The notes below the pieces were generated by a model that saw only the letters and a program-made list of their open reading frames with translations, searched no databases and was not told the DNA's origin. Made by a program: the position numbers and the translations under genes. From the IMG/VR virus record IMGVR_UViG_3300042196_000163, positions 10,030 through 74,029 of that record: a stretch of 64,000 nucleotides of DNA; one strand, given 5' to 3'. This document shows positions 27,774 to 35,053 of the stretch, one piece after another (within the stretch, counting starts at the first letter, position 1; the number at the start of each line of letters is the position of its first letter). This stretch comes from a virus (taxonomy: Duplodnaviria > Caudoviricetes).

Positions 27774-27781
27774 CGAAGACC

Positions 27782-28045
27782 ATGCAATTCACCTTTGAAC
27801 AAGTCGCGACGCTCCTGGGAATGCTCGCCGCCCTCGGCGTCTCGTGCTGGCGGATCGTCGAATATGTGAACAGAGAAATTAAGGAGACCCGCGCCGCGCT
27901 GCACGAAGAAATCGAATTCGTGCGGGCGCGCTACCACGATCTCGCCAACGAAATCCAGAAGACCTATGCCGAGAAAGACGACGTCGAGCGGCTGGAGCGC
28001 TTGGTGCTCGGCGCGCGCAATCAAAAGAAGGGTGGCGACGAATGA
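27782..28045 (+). CDS. Single-TM plus coiled-coil protein (holin/spanin-like candidate)
   Basis: N-terminal TM followed by a heptad-rich helix. Confidence 0.45.
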   Translation: MQFTFEQVATLLGMLAALGVSCWRIVEYVNREIKETRAALHEEIEFVRARYHDLANEIQKTYAEKDDVERLERLVLGARNQKKGGDE

Positions 28046-28260
28046 AAGGGATTGTCATGGCCGCCGCCCTGTTGGCGCTGCTCGCCGGCTGCGAAGCGGG
28101 ACCGTTCACCGAACGCTGCCGCGACGCGCGCAATCTCAACAGCCTCGACCGGCGCTTCGCGAGCGCGGACCCCGCCGTGCGCGCGGCGGCCGAGCGGTCC
28201 TATCAGGTCAACACCGGCTACTACTGCGACCCCTTCGCCGACCCGCATTGGCCGAATTAA
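28042..28260 (+). CDS. Lipoprotein (o-spanin candidate)
   Basis: Lipobox LAGC. Confidence 0.55.
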   Translation: MKGIVMAAALLALLAGCEAGPFTERCRDARNLNSLDRRFASADPAVRAAAERSYQVNTGYYCDPFADPHWPN

Positions 28261-28269
28261 GGAGTCATC

Positions 28270-28482
28270 ATGCTTGCGCAAACGCTTGCCAAATATGCCG
28301 CCGCCGGCGTGCTGCTGGCCTCGGTGTTCTATCTCGTGCTCGAGGGCAAGGTCGAGGCCAGCGAATACGTGATCCTCGTCATCGCCGGTCTTGCCGCGCT
28401 CGGCGTGACGCGCCCGGGCTTGCCAGCGGCATCGCCGCCATCGCCGACAGCCCCGACAACCACCGAAGGAGTCAAGTCGTGA
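28270..28482 (+). CDS. Two-TM holin-like protein
   Basis: AAGGAG RBS; two hydrophobic helices. Confidence 0.5.
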   Translation: MLAQTLAKYAAAGVLLASVFYLVLEGKVEASEYVILVIAGLAALGVTRPGLPAASPPSPTAPTTTEGVKS

Positions 28483-28985
28483 TAAAGTTGCTTCGCTATA
28501 TCCCCATCCTCTGCGCTCTGTTCCTGCTGCCCGCCTGCGGCACGATCAGCGGCGACCTCAAGCAGGACATCGTTGGCGGCCTATCGACCGGCGGCGAACG
28601 GCCGGCGCCCCTCGAGGCCATCGGCACGGATCTGGTGAATGTGGATTTCAACCTGACCAAGGCCGTTGAGGTCGGCGCGCTTCTCCCAGATGATCCGGCC
28701 CAGGCCTGCGTGCATGGCGTCGTCACCGACCTCGGACTCAATCCCGAAGCGCCGAAGGAGCCGGCGCCATCCTTCACGCCACGCTCGGAAGGCGTGCTGG
28801 CGAAAGGCTCGATCGCCTATATCCGCGTTCAACAGGCCCGTCGCGCCGCCCGCCAGCCCGATTATGAATTAAGCGCCGATTGCGAGCGACTACTCGGTCG
28901 CATCGTGCTGGACGCAGCAAGAGCGGCCCGGCGCATCGGATCCAATCTTCCCGGCGCTGGAGTGATCGGCCGTATTCTCGACTGA
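28479..28985 (+). CDS. Lipoprotein
   Basis: GTGA overlap; lipobox LPAC. Confidence 0.6.
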   Translation: MIKLLRYIPILCALFLLPACGTISGDLKQDIVGGLSTGGERPAPLEAIGTDLVNVDFNLTKAVEVGALLPDDPAQACVHGVVTDLGLNPEAPKEPAPSFTPRSEGVLAKGSIAYIRVQQARRAARQPDYELSADCERLLGRIVLDAARAARRIGSNLPGAGVIGRILD

Positions 28986-29010
28986 CCGCAGGCACTACAC
29001 CGACAAGCGA

Positions 29011-29046
29011 AAGGCCCGGTGCCGAAAGGTGCCGGGCTTTTTGTTT
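29011..29046 (+). terminator. Intrinsic terminator ending the late operon
   Basis: gcccggtgcc-GAAA-ggtgccgggc stem (two G-U pairs) followed by tttttgttt. Confidence 0.8.
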
Positions 29047-29103
29047 ATCGCGGGTTGAGTTATTGAAGGTATGGCGAACCCTCACTGGAGACCGGTCCGA
29101 TCG

Positions 29104-29886
29104 ATGGCAATGAAATTTACAACCGACCAGATCTTCGCGCTTTATGAAGCGGAAGCGAAGAAGCACGGCGAATCCGGCGCCTCGACGATCCAGGACATAC
29201 GCACACGCAAGTTGGAGATGGACGCGCTATTTCCCTATCTGCGCGACGGTCTGAAAGTGCTTGAGGTCGGCTGCGGCAACGGCTTCGTCGCTCGTGCCAT
29301 GGTCGACCGGTTCAATATCGATCTTGACGCCATCGACTTCTCGCCCGATCTGATGGCGCTGGCCAAGCAGCGCTCATCGGCAGGCGGGTGCGGTCGCGTT
29401 AGCTTCAATCGGGGCAATATCCTCGCCTATCGCAAGCCGGGTATTTACGATCTCGTCTATAGCGAACGCTGCATTCAAAATCTCGTCTCGTGGGAGGAGC
29501 AGCAAAAGGGTCTGCGCAATATCGCGGCTTCGCTCAAATCAGGCGGCACCTTCGTGATGCTGGAATCGTTCTGGACCGGCCTCAACAACCTCAATGCCGC
29601 GCGCGCCGAACTCGGACTCGAGCCGATTCCCGAATCCTGGCACAACGTGTTCTTTCACGAAGATCGGACCAAGGAATACATGGAGCAAATCGGCTGTCGC
29701 TATGTCGATCAGAACTGCTTCCTGAGCGGCTATTATTTCGGCTCGCGCGTCCTACTGCCGGCGATGCTGCCTGCGGGTAAAAAGGCATCGTCAACATCGA
29801 TCCTGAACGAATTCTTCTGTGCGCTTCCCGCCGCAGGCGATTTCTGCCCGATGAAAATCGTGCGCTTCGAGAAGCGCGGGGCTTGA
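29104..29886 (+). CDS. Class I SAM-dependent methyltransferase
   Basis: VLEVGCGNG; AIDFSPDL; YDLVYSERCIQNL; LKSGG. Confidence 0.85.
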   Translation: MAMKFTTDQIFALYEAEAKKHGESGASTIQDIRTRKLEMDALFPYLRDGLKVLEVGCGNGFVARAMVDRFNIDLDAIDFSPDLMALAKQRSSAGGCGRVSFNRGNILAYRKPGIYDLVYSERCIQNLVSWEEQQKGLRNIAASLKSGGTFVMLESFWTGLNNLNAARAELGLEPIPESWHNVFFHEDRTKEYMEQIGCRYVDQNCFLSGYYFGSRVLLPAMLPAGKKASSTSILNEFFCALPAAGDFCPMKIVRFEKRGA

Positions 29887-29896
29887 CCAAGAAGCT

Positions 29897-31006
29897 TCAG
29901 GCACTGCGGCGTATCTCGAAGAATCGCCGGACGGCGGCGATGACGTAGTCGACCTGCGCTTGCGTCAACTTCTCGTGGATTGGCAGGCACAGTATGCGCT
30001 GCACCACCTCGCGTCCGATCGGGCATGGCCCCTGCGCCGCACCGGCATATATGGGATGCTCGGGCATCAGGTGCGCATGATAGATCTTAGTTTCGATGCC
30101 CTGGCCGTCGAGCGCGGCCTTGAGCGCATCGCGCTGCGGCGTCTGGATTGTGTAGGTGTAGTACACATTGCGCGTCCCCGGCGGCTCCGGCGGCACCTGA
30201 ACGATGTCGCCCAGCCCGCGGGTATAAGCGCTCGCCACGGCGCGGCGGCGCGCGATCGCGTCTTCGATGCGGCTTAACCGCTGCAGCAGCACGGCCGCCT
30301 GGATCGTGTCCATGCGGCCGTTGAACGTGACCGTCCGGCAGAACTCCTTGTCGAACATGCCGTGATAGCGTAATTCCTCCAGCGCCTGGCGCGTCTTGGC
30401 GTCGTGGCACAGCACGATTCCCGCCTCACCGAATGCGTTGAGCACCTTCATCGGGTTCATGCTGATGCAACCGACCGGCCCGAACGAGCCCGCCTTGCGG
30501 CCATCACGCATAGCGCCGAAGGCGGGGGCGGCATCCTCGATCAGCACCAGGCCGCGTTTGCGCGTGATCGCCTCGATCTGCGCCATCCGGCACATTGCAC
30601 CCGTGAAATGCACCGGCATGATCGCCTTAGTCCGCGCGGTGATCGCGCACTCGGCCGCCGCCGGGTCGATCAACATGTCGTCGCCGATATCGACGAAGAC
30701 CGGCTTTGCGCCGGTCAGGGCCACGCCGCTCGCGGACCCAACGAAAGAGAGCGCTGGCAAGATCACTTCGTCGCCGGCTCCGATGCCGAGGCTGCGCAGG
30801 GCCAGAAACAACGCCGCCGTGCCTGAGCTGACACCGACAGCATAAGGGGTGCCGCAGTAGCGCGCGACCGCCGCCTCGAACTGCGCAAGTTCCGGCCCGT
30901 TGAGGATTCTTCCATGCTGTAGGATGCGATCAATTGCCGCCAGATAGGCGCCGCGCTCCTCCGCCGAATCGACCCGGAGGTCGAGGAAGGGCACGATTAT
31001 CTGCAC
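29897..31006 (-). CDS. DegT/DnrJ/EryC1/StrS family PLP-dependent sugar aminotransferase
   Basis: AVGVSSGTAAL; IMPVHFTG; LIEDAA; SMNPMKVLNAFGEAG (PLP lysine). Confidence 0.95.
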   Translation of the reverse strand: MQIIVPFLDLRVDSAEERGAYLAAIDRILQHGRILNGPELAQFEAAVARYCGTPYAVGVSSGTAALFLALRSLGIGAGDEVILPALSFVGSASGVALTGAKPVFVDIGDDMLIDPAAAECAITARTKAIMPVHFTGAMCRMAQIEAITRKRGLVLIEDAAPAFGAMRDGRKAGSFGPVGCISMNPMKVLNAFGEAGIVLCHDAKTRQALEELRYHGMFDKEFCRTVTFNGRMDTIQAAVLLQRLSRIEDAIARRRAVASAYTRGLGDIVQVPPEPPGTRNVYYTYTIQTPQRDALKAALDGQGIETKIYHAHLMPEHPIYAGAAQGPCPIGREVVQRILCLPIHEKLTQAQVDYVIAAVRRFFEIRRSA

Positions 31007-31213
31007 ATGTGGCCCTTTTGCGTTTCGGATGGCGAGGGTTCCGACTTTCCGTCACCCACAACCCGCCAGCCTGCATCGCGCGCGGATCATGGCCGTCCGC
31101 AACGGCTCTTGCCAGGTTAAGCCGTCAACACCCTACCCAGATTCACCCGTTGAAGCGGTCGGTACGCTGGGCGCGCTGTCACTCCGCCTCGTTGGCCAGG
31201 CGGTGGGCCTTTA

Positions 31214-31402
31214 CTAGACGGTTGCGGCGAGGGCTTTGATCGCCTCTTCGCCGATGCTCTGGAAAATCTCACACCAAATCTCGTCATCGTGAATGCCGAG
31301 CTGGTCATACCGGAAGCCGCGGCGATCATCGAGCGCGCCAAGGTAGATGGCCTTGCCAATGCGGCCCTCGCGCGTCTCGGGCGTGAAATCGTGATAACTC
31401 AT
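31214..31402 (-). CDS. Hypothetical protein (left array, 4th gene)
   Basis: Preceded and followed by the array linker. Confidence 0.65.
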   Translation of the reverse strand: MSYHDFTPETREGRIGKAIYLGALDDRRGFRYDQLGIHDDEIWCEIFQSIGEEAIKALAATV

Positions 31403-31417
31403 CCTTCTCGGCCTTTC

Positions 31418-31654
31418 CTAGATCTTGAACGTTGCTTTGTGGGATGCGACGACATCGGCCGGCGGAACAACTGACCGCGGGTGGTCGTTCCAGCGCCACC
31501 ATTGCCACCACCGGGGCGGCGTCCAGCCACTCAGCAGCGCCAGCCGAAGCACCTGAAACCATCCCTCATGCAGCCGGTCCTCTGGCACGGCATCGCCGAC
31601 GATCTTCGTGTCACCGCTGCGGCTGGACCATCGGAATGAATAGCTGGTGAGCAC
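31418..31654 (-). CDS. Trp-rich hypothetical protein (left array, 3rd gene)
   Basis: GTG start after GGAAAGGCCGCGCC; its TAG lies within the next linker. Confidence 0.65.
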   Translation of the reverse strand: MLTSYSFRWSSRSGDTKIVGDAVPEDRLHEGWFQVLRLALLSGWTPPRWWQWWRWNDHPRSVVPPADVVASHKATFKI

Positions 31655-31673
31655 GGCGCGGCCTTTCCTGTAA

Positions 31674-31925
31674 TTACTCCGGCACCTTGCCGGTTCGTTC
31701 AAAAATCCACTGCTTTGCGGACCAAGCGAATTGAACCCAATAGGCGCTGTGCTTGAGGCCGCCGAGCGAGGCCGCCCCACCAGATTTGATCCTTTCAGCC
31801 GGCGGCACAGGGAAGGGCCCCCAGTCCCAATCGTGGGGAAACGTGGCGTCCGGATCGATGTCGACCGCGGCGCACATGGCACGCGCCAGATCTTCGATCT
31901 TCTTGGGAATGTTCCACTGTTCCAC
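31674..31925 (-). CDS. Hypothetical protein (left array, 2nd gene)
   Basis: GTG start after the identical linker. Confidence 0.65.
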   Translation of the reverse strand: MEQWNIPKKIEDLARAMCAAVDIDPDATFPHDWDWGPFPVPPAERIKSGGAASLGGLKHSAYWVQFAWSAKQWIFERTGKVPE

Positions 31926-31938
31926 GGCGCGGCCTTTC

Positions 31939-32121
31939 CTAGGGCTTCAGGATGCGGTCGAGGTGGGCGGCCGCCTCGTCATGGGTGACATAGCGAGCCA
32001 CCACCTTATTGCCGTGCAACACCTGATATTCCAAACCGCGCTTGGTCTGGCGCGTATAGAGCATATAGGTCCGGGGCGGGCGGCGGGTCTTGGCGGGCCC
32101 GGCTGCAATTTGAGTTTCCAT
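31939..32121 (-). CDS. Hypothetical protein (left array, 1st gene; probably leaderless)
   Basis: ATG lies 7 nt downstream of a -10-like box. Confidence 0.6.
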   Translation of the reverse strand: METQIAAGPAKTRRPPRTYMLYTRQTKRGLEYQVLHGNKVVARYVTHDEAAAHLDRILKP

Positions 32122-32128
32122 GCAACTT

Positions 32129-32156
32129 ACGATACTCCCGGCTTGCATCTTGTCAA
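32129..32156 (-). promoter_or_regulatory. Sigma70-like promoter TTGACA-N16-TATCGT
   Basis: Perfect -35 element; faces the left array. Confidence 0.55.
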
Positions 32157-32171
32157 TAGCGATGTCACACT

Positions 32172-32195
32172 GTGCCACCCAATCAGTTATGGCAC
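32172..32195. promoter_or_regulatory. Inverted repeat GTGCCA-N12-TGGCAC upstream of the recombinase
   Basis: Read directly from the sequence; candidate operator or res-type site. Confidence 0.4.
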
Positions 32196-32204
32196 TTAAT
32201 TCCT

Positions 32205-32756
32205 ATGCGTCGTGGCTATATCCGTGAGAGCCCCCGTCATCCAGCCCGTTACCAGCGCGAAGCCCTTGAGGCGGCTGGCTGTCGGGCTATCTACGAGCAG
32301 AACGGGGAGGCGCTATCCGCGTTCGTCCGTGGCCTGCGCAAGGGCGATATCGTTGTCGTCGACGGGCTGCATCGCCTGGCGGCCACTCGGCCAGACTTCC
32401 ACCGCGCAATACACGCCATCGAAAGGAAGGGCGCGCAGGTGATGGACGCCAGGTCCGGCCAGATCGTTGATTCCAAGTGCGTGGCGCTGGTTGCTGAGGC
32501 CTTTAGCAACATCGCCGGCGAGGCCCGCATCAAGGACGCCGCGGCGCTTGGCGAGCAGGGCGGGCGCCCCAAGATCAAGCTTAAGCGGGATCAGCGCGAG
32601 ATCTGGCGCGATCTCACAATCCCCTCGAATGCGGAGGCGGCTGACATTATCGGCGTCTCGACACGGACGCTCTACCGCCGCTACGGACCATCGGGTCGCC
32701 CGGCCGGTTGGCCGGAGCGGCTGACGACCGGCCGTAAACCCAAACCCTCTAAATAA
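32205..32756 (+). CDS. Small serine recombinase (resolvase/invertase family) with C-terminal HTH
   Basis: GYIRES (catalytic Ser); LRKGDIVVVDGLHRLA; GRPK and AADIIGVSTRTLYR. Confidence 0.85.
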   Translation: MRRGYIRESPRHPARYQREALEAAGCRAIYEQNGEALSAFVRGLRKGDIVVVDGLHRLAATRPDFHRAIHAIERKGAQVMDARSGQIVDSKCVALVAEAFSNIAGEARIKDAAALGEQGGRPKIKLKRDQREIWRDLTIPSNAEAADIIGVSTRTLYRRYGPSGRPAGWPERLTTGRKPKPSK

Positions 32757-32766
32757 GGCGCGGCTG

Positions 32767-33030
32767 ATGGACCTCGAACAGAAAAAGCAGCTGCTGCAGA
32801 ACTGGCGCGGTCGGCGCTTGCTGGCGTGCCGCGCAGCTGACGACTTGTGTGCCGTCGTCGCCGCCCTTGGCATCGAGGATGCGTCCGAGCTGCCGCCAGA
32901 GGGTGGTCCGCGCCCGAAGCCATCCGAGGGCATGATCGCGGAGCTGCAGAACTCGGTTGTCAATGTTAAGCGGCTGATCCTGCTGATCAATGATGGCCAC
33001 GTTTCACGATCGAAGCTCAACGGCTTCTAG
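32767..33030 (+). CDS. Hypothetical protein (right array)
   Basis: Bounded by linkers. Confidence 0.65.
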   Translation: MDLEQKKQLLQNWRGRRLLACRAADDLCAVVAALGIEDASELPPEGGPRPKPSEGMIAELQNSVVNVKRLILLINDGHVSRSKLNGF

Positions 33031-33044
33031 GAAAGGCGCGATTC

Positions 33045-33263
33045 ATGAGCACGAGTGCAGCCCCAAATCAGAACTGCCAATGGTGCGGCCAGCTGCACCC
33101 GGGCGTTGTCTGCTCGCGGATCGCGGCAATTGAGTATCAGCCTGACGGCGTGACGGTGAAGCGGATCGAGTTTCATCCGCCAGCGGCGAATTTCGATCTC
33201 GGCCGCGTTCTCGTCGGTGGACATCAGCGCGTGGTTGGCTTCACCCCCGAATCAGACCTGTAG
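33045..33263 (+). CDS. Small Zn-ribbon-like protein (right array)
   Basis: CQWCGQLHPGVVC; bounded by linkers. Confidence 0.65.
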   Translation: MSTSAAPNQNCQWCGQLHPGVVCSRIAAIEYQPDGVTVKRIEFHPPAANFDLGRVLVGGHQRVVGFTPESDL

Positions 33264-33278
33264 GAAAGGCGCACTTCG

Positions 33279-33515
33279 ATGACTACTTCCGTCACGATCA
33301 AGAACAATGGCCCTTATCGCGTCAACGTGAATGAGGTCGAGCCGGTCGAAGGCCGCCGCCTGGAAGGTGCGGAGCAAACGGTCAACTCGCATTGCCTCGC
33401 CGTCGGCGAGGAGATCACGTTGAATCTCTGGGGTGCTAATCACTATCTATGCGTCATCGAGACAAATGACGTGGATACGCCGGCCGAAAAGCTGGCAGCA
33501 GCGGGCATCCCTTAA
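33279..33515 (+). CDS. Hypothetical protein (right array)
   Basis: Bounded by linkers. Confidence 0.65.
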   Translation: MTTSVTIKNNGPYRVNVNEVEPVEGRRLEGAEQTVNSHCLAVGEEITLNLWGANHYLCVIETNDVDTPAEKLAAAGIP

Positions 33516-33537
33516 TCTCTAGATAAGGCGCGATCCC

Positions 33538-33723
33538 ATGAAAGACATGGCAAAGAATGACTGGCCGCCAAGGGCGAGTGCATCGCGTTTTAGAGATGGA
33601 ACGCAAAGGCGCGGATCGACTGGACAGCTTTGGGAGGCCCGAAACGGTCAATGGCATAGGGTTGACGATCCTGAGCGCGGTCGCCTCGTTCCGCTGCACG
33701 GATCTGGGCCGGATAACATCTAG
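33538..33723 (+). CDS. Hypothetical protein (right array)
   Basis: Bounded by linkers. Confidence 0.6.
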   Translation: MKDMAKNDWPPRASASRFRDGTQRRGSTGQLWEARNGQWHRVDDPERGRLVPLHGSGPDNI

Positions 33724-33736
33724 GAAAGGCGCGCCC

Positions 33737-33994
33737 ATGATCGATATGGCAAAACATCGGCTCGAGCACGGGGATGAGTTCCCCTACGACGCGCCCGACT
33801 TGTGGTGGGGTAGCGACAAGGCCGCGCCCCCGCCGCCGAAGGATTGGGCGCATCGTGCCGCGCGCGGCATCCTGGCCGATCTCGGTGATCGCCACACTAT
33901 CAAGCAGGGCTTCCGCGAGATCGACGAGGAAGTCCGCGCGGAGCTCGTTGAATCGCTGGCGGATATCATCCGCGCAGCTGCACCCTCTAACTAA
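33737..33994 (+). CDS. Hypothetical protein (right array)
   Basis: Bounded by linkers; ARGILADLGDRH motif. Confidence 0.65.
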   Translation: MIDMAKHRLEHGDEFPYDAPDLWWGSDKAAPPPPKDWAHRAARGILADLGDRHTIKQGFREIDEEVRAELVESLADIIRAAAPSN

Positions 33995-34002
33995 GGCGCG
34001 CC

Positions 34003-34140
34003 GTGGGCTACCTCATTCTCCTCGCAACACCGTTGATCGTGTGGCTGGCGGTCTACGTTGTCTTGGTGCTGCCGGCGCGCGAGGATTTCAAGCGCGTCAC
34101 CGGCCGCACGGCTCCGAAGCACTGGCTGTTCCCGTTCTAG
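34003..34140 (+). CDS. 45-aa single-TM protein (right array; absent from the ORF track)
   Basis: GTG after TAAGGCGCGCC; translates MGYLILLATPLIVWLAVYVVLVLPAREDFKRVTGRTAPKHWLFPF. Confidence 0.6.
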   Translation: MGYLILLATPLIVWLAVYVVLVLPAREDFKRVTGRTAPKHWLFPF

Positions 34141-34152
34141 GAAAGGCACGAT

Positions 34153-34347
34153 ATGCCGAGCTGCCTCCGAAACAAGGAATGCTCCTGGTGCGGCCAGCCT
34201 TTGACGCAGGCCGCCAAGGGACATTGCGGCGCGATCTATGATCGCTCGGTGTGTTACTGGGTGCCGGCGATCAAAGAGCACGGGCCGCGCGAGGCTATTA
34301 AGCGGGCGCGGAAAACCGTGCCAGTGCCCGCCGCTCAACCCTCATAG
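34153..34347 (+). CDS. Cys-rich hypothetical protein (right array)
   Basis: CSWCG..C..C pattern; bounded by linkers. Confidence 0.6.
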   Translation: MPSCLRNKECSWCGQPLTQAAKGHCGAIYDRSVCYWVPAIKEHGPREAIKRARKTVPVPAAQPS

Positions 34348-34358
34348 AAAAGGGACCA

Positions 34359-34526
34359 ATGGCGAAGTGCTGCGATTGCGAGCGGGAAAGGCTGGAGGAT
34401 GGCTCGCTCCTCGGCCGCGTGCATTGCTGCTGGCGCTGCTACCAGGCAGTCGAGCAGGGTGCCGCGCCGCAGCACACCCCTGAGTGCGACGCCCGCCACG
34501 CTGCTCGCCAGCAACCCTCTAGGTAA
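34359..34526 (+). CDS. 55-aa Cys-rich protein (right array; absent from the ORF track)
   Basis: MAKCCDC..HCCWRC; bounded by linkers. Confidence 0.55.
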   Translation: MAKCCDCERERLEDGSLLGRVHCCWRCYQAVEQGAAPQHTPECDARHAARQQPSR

Positions 34527-34533
34527 GGAACCA

Positions 34534-35046
34534 ATGCTGGCCGGCTTCAAAACGAAGAACCATCCGCAGCAGGTAAAGACCCGCGGCGCGGATGACGAGG
34601 TCGACCAGCGGATCACGCCGGACTGGCTGTTCCGCGACTATCATGCGCGCTTCAATTTCACGATCGACGTGGCCGCCAACGAGGCCAATAGAAAGCTCGA
34701 TCGACACTACGACCTCGCGGCCAATGGCCTCCGGCAACCGTGGGCGCCTGAGCGCGTCTGGTGCAATCCTCCGTACAGCAATGTGCCGGCGTGGATGTTC
34801 AAGGCTCACCAGGAATTCGAGCGCGGGTGTCCGGTGATCGTCATGCTGCTGCCGTCGAACCGGACCGAACAGAAGTGGTGGCAGCAATTTGTCGAGCCGC
34901 ATCGCGATCGCGCCGGCGGGTTCATGCGCACCGAGTTCCTGTCCAAGCGCATCAACTTCGGCGCGCCCGGCAACGAGGGCGCGGTCTACAACAGCAGCCC
35001 ACCGTTCGGCTTGGTAGCCGTCATCTTCGAAACACCTTCAAGGTAA
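34534..35046 (+). CDS. Phage-type DNA N6-adenine methyltransferase (Dam-like)
   Basis: TPDWLF..FTIDVAA..VWCNPPYS..VMLLPSNRT. Confidence 0.9.
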   Translation: MLAGFKTKNHPQQVKTRGADDEVDQRITPDWLFRDYHARFNFTIDVAANEANRKLDRHYDLAANGLRQPWAPERVWCNPPYSNVPAWMFKAHQEFERGCPVIVMLLPSNRTEQKWWQQFVEPHRDRAGGFMRTEFLSKRINFGAPGNEGAVYNSSPPFGLVAVIFETPSR

Positions 35047-35053
35047 GGAACCG

